NCBI GenBank assembly: GCA_030614005.1
Contig: JAUWKS010000090.1
Coordinates: 1 to 11,245, forward strand
Length of the DNA: 11,245 nucleotides
Source of the DNA: Candidatus Heimdallarchaeota archaeon
Lineage (GTDB): Archaea; Asgardarchaeota; Heimdallarchaeia; JABLTI01
Reading direction: 5' to 3'
Below the pieces are notes generated by a model, which was given only the letters and a program-made list of their open reading frames with translations, ran no database searches and was not told the origin of the DNA. Shown piece by piece: positions 1 through 6,937 of this stretch; the first letter of the stretch is position 1, and each line of letters starts with the position of its first letter. Made by a program: the position numbers and the translations under genes.

Positions 1-77
1 GCAACCATTATCATCATAAATTTGCTTTGTAGTACTGCGTATTCCTTTTCTTGAGTTTTTTCTTCTTTTTGTGTCAT
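1..77 (-). CDS. 5' end of a probable membrane protein that runs off the left edge (not in the ORF track)
   Basis: Manual translation from ATG at 77 gives MTQKEEKTQEKEYAVLQSKFMMIMVA, open to the window edge. A charged N-tail leads into a hydrophobic stretch. The ATG overlaps the TGA of the upstream CDF gene (ATGA overlap, 74-77), typical of translational coupling. Confidence 0.6.
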   Translation of the reverse strand, partial: MTQKEEKTQEKEYAVLQSKFMMIMV

Positions 78-1045
78 AATTCTTCCTCTTCTTCTGATAT
101 GCATTTCACTCCTTCTTCAGGATGATACGGTTCAATGTGAATCTGTAAATATTTCACTGGTAATTCCTTTTTAATGGCTTCATCAACAATACATGCAATA
201 TCATGTCCTTGCTCGATCGTTAATTCCGGATCAAGAAAAATATCTAAATCAACGAAAATATTTTTTTCACCAATTGTTCGTGACCGTAAAGCTCCAACAC
301 CTTTTACCCCTTCTTGTTTTCTTGAAATTCTAATTATCTCATCTATTATTTCTTTGTCTGCACTTTTATCCAACAATACATGAGCAGACTCTCTTGTAAT
401 TTTTATAGCGGTAAAGATTATTACTATACTGATTAGAAAAGCAATTGCTGGGTCCAGCCAAAATAATGTTTTGCCATTAATTTTTATTGTGCCAATAGTA
501 ACAGAGATTAAAACTACAATTGAAGTCATCACATCTGTTCTAAAATTCAACCCATTTGCAATCAGAGAGGGTGAATCGATTTTTTTTCCAACTTTTATGT
601 TTATCCAAACTAATACTCCTTTAAGCAAAATACTTGCAGAAGCAATAATCACATTTACTTTTGAGAAACCTAAATCAGTTTGAACAATTAAACGAGTTAC
701 AGCCTGGTAACCAATTATACCTGAGGAAGTAACTAATAGCAAAGCAATCCCTAATGAGAAAAAGTTCTCGAATTTTTGATGCCCGAATTGATGGTCGCTA
801 TCCGCTGGTCTATCTGCAATCTTAATTGCTACGAATCCTAAAATTGTTGTTCCAATATCTAAGGCAGAATCTAAGCCATCCGCTTGTAAAGAAATGCTTC
901 CATAAATTATGCTAATAGAAATTTTTGCTGCAGCAAGGATGAAATTCAATACAAGACCTATTATCATAACATTTCTTGCTTGTTTCATACGTTCTTCTCT
1001 ATCAATTGGAGCGGCGTTTTTTTCTGCAACTGAATTGGTACTCAT
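74..1045 (-). CDS. Cation diffusion facilitator (CDF) family metal efflux transporter, FieF/YiiP-like
   Basis: Six hydrophobic segments; TM2 SLQADGLDSALD; loop DSDHQFGHQKFE (YiiP site B, DDNHSFGHGKAE); TM5 ANGLNFRTDVMTS; LDPAIA; C-terminal dimerisation domain LRSR...FVDLDI...GHDIA...IHIEP. AGGA lies upstream of the ATG. Confidence 0.95.
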   Translation of the reverse strand: MSTNSVAEKNAAPIDREERMKQARNVMIIGLVLNFILAAAKISISIIYGSISLQADGLDSALDIGTTILGFVAIKIADRPADSDHQFGHQKFENFFSLGIALLLVTSSGIIGYQAVTRLIVQTDLGFSKVNVIIASASILLKGVLVWINIKVGKKIDSPSLIANGLNFRTDVMTSIVVLISVTIGTIKINGKTLFWLDPAIAFLISIVIIFTAIKITRESAHVLLDKSADKEIIDEIIRISRKQEGVKGVGALRSRTIGEKNIFVDLDIFLDPELTIEQGHDIACIVDEAIKKELPVKYLQIHIEPYHPEEGVKCISEEEEEL

Positions 1046-1068
1046 TGTTATATCCTACACTGGAAATA

Positions 1069-2097
1069 TTAATCGATTTTAATGAGTTCATATTTCATTG
1101 AACCAAGACCGATTTCTTCCCCATATTTGAGAAGATGATAACTATTTTTGATGTATTTTTTGAATGGATCCACACCATCATTCTTTTCTGTTACTAAATC
1201 CATCGATGCTTTATCTAGCGCAATGGGATCTTTTGAAAATAGAATGCCAATATCATCCATAAATGGTTCCTGTTTTGTGCCAAAACAATCACATTTCATA
1301 GTAATATCTGTTAAAAAGTTAATGTGCCACCAATTCTTATTTTGTACACATGCTAGGGTATATTCAGCTATTTTTTCTAAGAATTGATTGTCTTTTCGTG
1401 CACCCCATGGAATCTTAATCACTCCTTCAGGGCAGACAGCAATGCATTGAGCACATCCAATACAAATGGAAGCATCAATAACAGCATAGTCATTTACTTC
1501 TATTGCATCTGCAGGGCATTGTTCAGAGCAAGAACCACATGCAATACAATCTTCAATCTTAATTATTGGGCAAACTCCAGCATGCATATCTAGTTTTCCA
1601 CCTCTTGATCCGAGGCCCATGCCAATGTTTTTTAGTGCTCCACCAAAACCGGCAACAATATGGCCTTTAAAATGTGCAATAGAAATCAAATTTTCGTAAT
1701 TTTTTAGTCCTTTACCGATTTTTGCTTTTTGAGTGTTTTTCGTATCGATCTCTATCTCTGTATAATCTTCTCCCATTTCTCCATCTAAAATATCTATTTC
1801 TAAGAAATCAAACCCATGAGCTAATGCCTGTTTAATGTGATCGTCTTTTCGTAATCTGTGTCCTCTATAGAGAACATTGCATTCAACAAAAATCGGATCT
1901 TTGAAATATTTGGCTAAATCCTTAAGCAATTCTGGTTTAACGTGTGTGTCATTGTCTCCTTCGCCGAAGTGGATTTTGATGCCTACTTTCGTTTCATCTT
2001 CATCTTTTATTTCTTCAGCAATCATTTTGAAAAACTTGTTCACGCCTGCTTTTAGGTTTGAAAGGTTGTCGTAATAATAGACTTTTGATTTATCCAT
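1069..2097 (-). CDS. DUF362 family (COG2768-like) Fe-S protein with an inserted 2x[4Fe-4S] ferredoxin domain
   Basis: KIHFGE..N.THVKP, ECNVLY, AHFKGH..AGFGGALKNIGMGLGSRGGKLDMH; ferredoxin motifs CIACGSCSEQCP and CIGCAQCIAVCP; C-terminal CDC and DIGILFSKDPIALDKAS. Confidence 0.92.
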   Translation of the reverse strand: MDKSKVYYYDNLSNLKAGVNKFFKMIAEEIKDEDETKVGIKIHFGEGDNDTHVKPELLKDLAKYFKDPIFVECNVLYRGHRLRKDDHIKQALAHGFDFLEIDILDGEMGEDYTEIEIDTKNTQKAKIGKGLKNYENLISIAHFKGHIVAGFGGALKNIGMGLGSRGGKLDMHAGVCPIIKIEDCIACGSCSEQCPADAIEVNDYAVIDASICIGCAQCIAVCPEGVIKIPWGARKDNQFLEKIAEYTLACVQNKNWWHINFLTDITMKCDCFGTKQEPFMDDIGILFSKDPIALDKASMDLVTEKNDGVDPFKKYIKNSYHLLKYGEEIGLGSMKYELIKID

Positions 2098-2202
2098 CCT
2101 TAGTCAACTCTTTTTTATTATTGTTTTGAACTCTTAGGTTAAAAAGACTGTTATCGAACATAAAATAGTTAAAAACGATTTTTTTCTCCCCATATCTTTT
2201 CT

Positions 2203-3033
2203 TTATTGAATATTTTTCACAAATTCTTCTTTATTTTGATAATTAAATCGTTTTGCCATACGACCAAGGGCTAGGTTTATTTCCAGCCGAACTAATTCTC
2301 TACTAATTTTCATTGTTTTGAGTAGAACTTTCGCTGAAATTTCCGTTCCAATTTCCCCTAATGTTTTTGCTGCTGCTCCTACAATTACTTCATCCTTCTC
2401 AGTTCGAATGATATCTATTAAATTGTCAGTTAATTCCTTGATGAGTTCTCTTGATTTTTCTTCATCTAGTTTTACCAATGCTGAAGCTGCTGCCCACTTC
2501 ACTCTGTAATCATCATCCAAATAATAAGCATCTAGTAAGGAGTTAGTTGATTTCTTTTCTCCTAACCTCCCTAAAGCATTAGCTGATTCCATTCTAACTT
2601 CAAAATTTGGATCACTTAGTAGACTTGCAACAAGAGGTTTTGAAGCTTTTTTGTCTCCTATTTTTCCCAAGGAAATTGCTGCCCATTCTTTTACTGTTTG
2701 TTCTGGGTCAATGCGTAGAGTTCTTATCAAAGGATAAACAGCTCTTTTGTCTCCAATTTCGCCCAGAATTTCAGCTGCTTTCATCCGAGTAACCCAAGAA
2801 TTATGACGTAAAAGTTTTAGCAATTGTATTGGAGCTCTTTTTGCGCTCATCTTAATCAATGCATTAGTAATATGACTTTTAATTTCATTATCAATTTCTT
2901 TACTCAAATATTTGATTAAGAAATCCGCTGCTTTTCTCTCACCTGTTTCCCCTAGTCGAGAAATGACAGTGCATTGAGAGGCAATATCGCTAGTCACAGC
3001 TAGCTCCTCAAGTAGTACTTCAAATTCCTTCAT
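2203..3033 (-). CDS. HEAT repeat (PBS lyase-like) protein
   Basis: Tandem repeats of about 31-32 aa: TRMKAAEILGEIGDKRAVYPL, VKEWAAISLGKIGDKKASKPL, VRMESANALGRLGEKKSTNSL, VKWAAASALVKLD, IVGAAAKTLGEIG. No catalytic domain is visible. Confidence 0.92.
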   Translation of the reverse strand: MKEFEVLLEELAVTSDIASQCTVISRLGETGERKAADFLIKYLSKEIDNEIKSHITNALIKMSAKRAPIQLLKLLRHNSWVTRMKAAEILGEIGDKRAVYPLIRTLRIDPEQTVKEWAAISLGKIGDKKASKPLVASLLSDPNFEVRMESANALGRLGEKKSTNSLLDAYYLDDDYRVKWAAASALVKLDEEKSRELIKELTDNLIDIIRTEKDEVIVGAAAKTLGEIGTEISAKVLLKTMKISRELVRLEINLALGRMAKRFNYQNKEEFVKNIQ

Positions 3034-3093
3034 TGACTATTCCCATATAAAATATAGCTGTCTACCTTTTAAAATATATTTCATCTGTGTTTT

Positions 3094-3168
3094 ATCTCAC
3101 TAAAATAAGTCTATTTTATCAACTATTTTTACTTCTTTTAGAAGATTTTTTAAACAAAATCTCACTAA
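3094..3168. repeat. Repeat cluster in the divergent HEAT/arcC intergenic region
   Basis: Exact 10-bp direct repeat ATCTCACTAA at 3094-3103 and 3159-3168. Inverted repeats TAAAATA-N4-TATTTTA (3101-3118) and AGATTTT-N6-AAAATCT (3143-3162); the second encloses a TTTAAA TATA-like box. Confidence 0.5.
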
Positions 3169-3223
3169 CAGATACCTCTTTACCAGATAAACCAGAATAA
3201 ACTATTATTTGGACAGGCAAAAT

Positions 3224-4168
3224 ATGACTAAAAAACTTGTTGCAATAGCACTTGGCGGAAATATGATTCTTCAGAAAGGTCAACCAAAAACCTATGAACA
3301 GCAAATGGAAAATTTGCGCGTTGCCACAGAAGTAATTGTAAAAATTATTAAGATGGGATACGGAGTTATTCTCACTCATGGCAATGGACCACAAGTAGGT
3401 AATATCCTTGTTCAACAACAATCTGGTGTGACCGAAGGTATACCCGCACAACCTTTGAATATTTGTGGAGCAATGTCTCAAGGTCAAATTGGTTTTATGA
3501 TTCAAACAGCTATGGAAGAGCTCCTACATGAGGAAGGGATGAAAGATAGGCGTGTCGTTGCAATTGTTACTCGAGTATTAGTTGATAGCAGTGATCCTGC
3601 ATTCAAGGAACCAACTAAACCAATAGGTCCATTTTATACAGAAGAGGAAGCAATTGTCTTACATAAAAAATCAAGGGACACATATATCAATGATGCCGGG
3701 AGAGGATTCAGAAAGGTGGTTCCATCACCAATTCCCTTGGAAATACTCGAGGGGAAAACAATTCGCCGATGTGTGGAAGAAGGGGATATTATAATTGCTG
3801 TAGGTGGAGGAGGAATTCCCGTTGCGCGAAAAAATGGTCAATTTGTAGATGTTGAAGCAGTAATTGACAAAGACAGAGCGACAGAAGTTCTAGCTACTCA
3901 AATTGATGCTGATATTCTTATGATAATAACAGATGTTTCAAATGCCTATGTCAATTTTGGAAAACCCGATCAAAAATCAATTGGTAAAATAACCATTGAA
4001 GAGATGAAGAAGATTTTTGATGGTCAATTTGCAAAAGGAAGTATGAAACCAAAAGTAGGCTCTGCAATTCGATTTATTGAAAATGGTGGAACCCTTTCTA
4101 TTATTACTTCACCTGAAAATGCAATAGATGCCTTAAAGGATAAAGCTGGTACCAGGTTAGTACAATAA
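3224..4168 (+). CDS. arcC: Carbamate kinase
   Basis: VAIALGGN, THGNGPQVG, GAMSQGQIGF, PTKPIGPFY, EDAGRG-like NDAGRGFRKVVPSP, GGGGIPV, EAVIDKD and GSMKPKV are all carbamate kinase signatures. ATG 3224 (MTKKLVAI) is preferred over the TTG at 3209 in the ORF track. Confidence 0.97.
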   Translation: MTKKLVAIALGGNMILQKGQPKTYEQQMENLRVATEVIVKIIKMGYGVILTHGNGPQVGNILVQQQSGVTEGIPAQPLNICGAMSQGQIGFMIQTAMEELLHEEGMKDRRVVAIVTRVLVDSSDPAFKEPTKPIGPFYTEEEAIVLHKKSRDTYINDAGRGFRKVVPSPIPLEILEGKTIRRCVEEGDIIIAVGGGGIPVARKNGQFVDVEAVIDKDRATEVLATQIDADILMIITDVSNAYVNFGKPDQKSIGKITIEEMKKIFDGQFAKGSMKPKVGSAIRFIENGGTLSIITSPENAIDALKDKAGTRLVQ

Positions 4169-4192
4169 AAAAATTGGTTTCAAATTTTTTTT
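4167..4192. terminator. Bidirectional oligo-T terminator region between convergent genes
   Basis: AAAAAAATT-GGTTTCA-AATTTTTTTT. There is a T8 run on + (4185-4192) right after the arcC stop and a T7 run on - (A7 at 4167-4173) after the stop of the opposite gene. The arms can also form a 9-bp A/T stem. Confidence 0.6.
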
Positions 4193-5114
4193 ATTTATCT
4201 TTTATTATCTCTAAAAATTGATGACAAACGAAAATAAAATCTTCAAATTGTATACTTACCATAGTAAAAACCTTATCAACGTATTTTAATACGTCATCCA
4301 TTTCATCAGAATTCTTTTTAAAAAATGATAATCGCATTACCATTTCAAATGAGATTTCTTTTAATTGTGCGGCATATTTTTCTGCTTGTTCTACATTACG
4401 TATTTTTATTTCATCTATTTCTGTATCAGCAATTCTCGAAACGAATGCTCCCCATTCATCAAATTTTTGAGACCATTCAATTGTAGTAGCAATAAATTCA
4501 TCATCAAACCGAGGATCATTTGTTAACCAAAGCATCCAAGAAAATGCTGTAGTTTTATTATTTGAAGCTTCGGCGTTTTTCGTTAGAGTAACATTTTCAA
4601 CATAGTTTGATTGTTTTTTAGTAAATGATTCTGCTATGCTAATTAGTGAATTATGAATCTCATTTGCTCTATTCAAAATAAAACTAGTGCCTAATCGGAT
4701 TTTTTCATTAAAGTCTAATCGTTGTTGGAATGCTGGACTCGAAGCAATAAGGACTTTGTATAAACAAGTTGAACAGAAGTCTATTTCTGTATCTTTGAAC
4801 TCTCCTTGTTCATCTAAACTTAGTAAAATAACGGCATCACGAATATCTTCCCAGAGAATTTCGCGTTTATCCATTTCCAGATATTGCTTTCTACTAATGC
4901 AATAGAGTCTTTCACCTTCTTTAACTTCCAAAGTAAACAAACAAGTTTCAATACCTTCAACTTCTGATGCAACAGGTGGAAGTTCATCGCTCCATTCTAT
5001 ATGAATAAGTGGATCTAAAACTACATCAGCTACTTTGTCACAATTTACACAAAGATAGCTATCACCTAAGTCTCGCAAAAAAGGGCAAGCTTTGATGTAT
5101 TTCATTTTAGTCAA
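4191..5114 (-). CDS. Hypothetical protein, Cys-rich N-terminal region plus helical C-terminal region
   Basis: 307-aa open frame filling the gap, with normal amino-acid composition. GAGGAG (5124-5129) lies 9 nt upstream of the TTG at 5114; ATG 5105 is an alternative start. No family recognised. Confidence 0.85.
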   Translation of the reverse strand: MTKMKYIKACPFLRDLGDSYLCVNCDKVADVVLDPLIHIEWSDELPPVASEVEGIETCLFTLEVKEGERLYCISRKQYLEMDKREILWEDIRDAVILLSLDEQGEFKDTEIDFCSTCLYKVLIASSPAFQQRLDFNEKIRLGTSFILNRANEIHNSLISIAESFTKKQSNYVENVTLTKNAEASNNKTTAFSWMLWLTNDPRFDDEFIATTIEWSQKFDEWGAFVSRIADTEIDEIKIRNVEQAEKYAAQLKEISFEMVMRLSFFKKNSDEMDDVLKYVDKVFTMVSIQFEDFIFVCHQFLEIIKDK

Positions 5115-5190
5115 ATATTCTTTCTCCTCAGCAATTATCTAGAAGCTTAGTAATTGAAAATGTTCTCTCAAACCGACATAACTATTTACT

Positions 5191-5220
5191 AAAATCGTTT
5201 AAAATCATTGAAAAGAGTTT
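5191..5220. repeat. Three imperfect 10-bp tandem units with phased A4 tracts
   Basis: AAAATCGTTT AAAATCATTG AAAAGAGTTT at 5191, 5201 and 5211, upstream of the 4191-5114 gene. Confidence 0.45.
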
Positions 5221-5328
5221 TGGATAAGGCAACAATTTATTTTATTTAGTGTCAATTTTATTGTATGACTAACTAGAAAAGACTTTATCATAGTAGATTT
5301 ACTTCTATATCAGTAGAAACAGATTGTT

Positions 5329-6228
5329 TTAATTAAGTTCCTTAAGGAAAGATTCCAATTCAATGAAAAACTCCTCTCTCTTAGCTGATATTGATAAATG
5401 TCCTGTACCAAGGAAGACTTTTATTTTTGCCTCAGGAAATAGTTCTTTCAAGGCTTTTTTCTCATCAGGTGTAAATGCTTTATCCGTATCTGATTCCATA
5501 ATGGATACTTTTTTACTAACTTCTTCAAAATCATTCTTATTAAATCGGTAGTTTTCTGCAAAGTCAATCATACATTTAGTTATACTGTGTGATGCTTGTA
5601 TTGAACTTTTATCTTGAAATATCTCCATGAAATGTGCTTTCCAAAATATTGATTCTTTTCCAATTGGGCTAATAATTTTAGCTAACTTTTTCTTTATGAA
5701 AAAACGTATAAGCCAAAAAGGTATAACGGAAAATATTTTATTTTTCTTTTTAAGTTGCTTAATCTTTTTTTCTCTTAATTCTGAGTTTAACATTAATGAA
5801 TTCGTTGTTGTATGAGATAAGATTAATCCTCTAATTTTCTTGGGATGTTTTTGAGCAAGACACTGAGCAACTATTCCCCCAAAAGATTGTCCAATTACAT
5901 GAAATGAATCTATTCCTTCTCTCTGAGTAATTTCTACAATTCCATCTACTAATTACTCCATTCTCGAAGCTACTAGAGGATATGTTAGAGAAAGAACATG
6001 GTATTTTTTCTCCAATTCCAAAATATGTAGGAACCAAGAGTCTCCCTTACCAGCTCCTCCTGTTAAAAGCAAAATCGTTTCTTTCCCTTCTCCACACAGA
6101 ATATAATTCCAAATAGACTCACCAACTTTTAATGTTTTTTGCGGATGACTTTTCCGGAATTTCTTAAATTGCTCTTTCAATTCATAAGGAGCTTTTTTAT
6201 AAATTTTTTCAAAGTTGTTTTGCTTCAT
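5329..6228 (-). pseudogene. Alpha/beta-fold hydrolase (299 codons) interrupted by a single in-frame TAA at 5953-5955
   Basis: Track ORFs 5953-6228 and 5329-5793 are in the same frame. Reading through the TAA gives ...YPLVASRME*LVDGIVEITQREGIDSFHVIGQSFGGIVAQCLAQKHPKKIRGLILSHTTTNSLMLNS..., which restores the GxSxG elbow (GQSFGG, 5875-5892). Candidate acid ESDTD and His GTGH are present downstream, and the oxyanion strand ILLLTGG upstream. This could be a nonsense mutation, a base-call error or readthrough. Confidence 0.85.
5925..5958. repeat. Perfect 8-bp inverted repeat containing the premature stop codon
   Basis: GAGTAATT (5925-5932), 18-nt spacer, AATTACTC (5951-5958). The TAA (tta at 5953-5955 on +) lies within one arm. 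Confidence 0.8.
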
Positions 6229-6240
6229 TTTCTTCTTTTC

Positions 6241-6879
6241 CTACTTGATTCGTTTACCTATCTTGAAAGCTCGACTCATCATTTTTGCATCTTTCTCTCT
6301 GAATTGAATTAAAGTATCTGTATAAACTAATTTTCTGATGATTTTTCCTTTCATTTTATTGACGTAAATTTTCATTGCTTTTATTGCTGGTGGGATTTCA
6401 TCTTTCATTAAATATCTAAAAGGACTTGTTGCAGCTGATACAATAATGAATTTCTTCTTTCTTGCTTTGTCATCTTTAGGTCCAAAAGTCTTTAAAGATG
6501 AGAGAGCAAATTTGACCTTTTTAATTAAAGATTCTTTATAGATCGTTCTGACTGTTAGGGGAATGGTCATTTTGGCTGTATGTCTATCAAAGAAGTTTTT
6601 CATTATCGCAGTAATATTTCCCCAATAAACAGGACTACCAATAATAATTACATCCGCATCAACTACTTTATTGTACACTTGATTAAAATCATCCTTTTGG
6701 GAACACTCTCCATTGCTTGTACAAGCCCAACATCCCCTACAATAATTAATTTTGTAATCATAGAGGTTTATTAGCTCACTTTGATGTCCATTCTCATTCG
6801 CACCTTCAAGGATTTTTTCGCATAACTTTGTTATATTTCCTTTTTTTCGATTTGTTCCGATAATTGCTAAAATTTTCAT
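6241..6879 (-). CDS. Flavodoxin-fold NAD(P)H-dependent FMN reductase family protein, iron-sulfur flavoprotein (Isf)-like
   Basis: MKILAIIGTNRKKGNIT FMN-phosphate loop; compact Cx2Cx2Cx5C motif (CRGCWACTSNGEC); KDD; ADVIIIGSPVYWGNITAIMKNFFDR. ATG 6879 is preferred; TTG 6885 is an alternative. The gap to the hydrolase start is 12 bp. Confidence 0.92.
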   Translation of the reverse strand: MKILAIIGTNRKKGNITKLCEKILEGANENGHQSELINLYDYKINYCRGCWACTSNGECSQKDDFNQVYNKVVDADVIIIGSPVYWGNITAIMKNFFDRHTAKMTIPLTVRTIYKESLIKKVKFALSSLKTFGPKDDKARKKKFIIVSAATSPFRYLMKDEIPPAIKAMKIYVNKMKGKIIRKLVYTDTLIQFREKDAKMMSRAFKIGKRIK

Positions 6880-6919
6880 TTTCAATCAGCTTTTTCTTTG
6901 ATTATTAAAAACAAGTTTT

Positions 6920-6937
6920 TGTTAGGTTGACCTAACA
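6920..6937. promoter_or_regulatory. Perfect palindromic operator TGTTAGGT-TG-ACCTAACA
   Basis: 8-bp perfect arms with a 2-bp spacer, GC-containing in very AT-rich DNA. It lies between the TATA box and the start of the Isf-like gene. Confidence 0.75.

Noticed and set aside
174-683. + strand ORFs 174-383 and 471-683
   Set aside because: Antisense shadows of the well-supported CDF gene, with no recognisable motifs.
2134-2142. TTAGGTTAA half-site upstream of the DUF362-CDF operon
   Set aside because: It matches only the left arm of the 6920-6937 operator; the right arm (AAAAGA) does not fit ACCTAA.
2644-2770. Similar DNA segments (ttttgtctcc...) within the HEAT gene
   Set aside because: They reflect the protein repeat (LG.IGDK) and are not CRISPR or mobile repeats.
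1148-2792. + strand ORFs 1148-1387, 1384-1593, 1877-2074, 2318-2509 and 2607-2792
   Set aside because: Antisense to the DUF362 and HEAT genes; short and without family signal.
3119-3505. 128-aa minus-strand ORF
   Set aside because: Mostly antisense to the conserved arcC 5' end, and the sequence does not look like a real protein.
4687-5815. + strand ORFs 4687-4905, 5363-5551 and 5627-5815
   Set aside because: Antisense shadows of the hypothetical gene and the hydrolase.
5953-5955. Selenocysteine, pyrrolysine or alternative genetic code as the explanation for the internal stop
   Set aside because: The codon is TAA, not TGA or TAG, and TAA, TAG and TGA all end other genes here at their expected C-termini.
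5831-6037. 68-aa minus-strand ORF spanning the hydrolase stop, considered as a frameshift bypass
   Set aside because: It is in a different frame, and the hydrolase motifs on both sides of the TAA are in the original frame, so no frameshift is needed.
6580-6774. + strand 64-aa ORF
   Set aside because: Antisense to the Isf-like gene.
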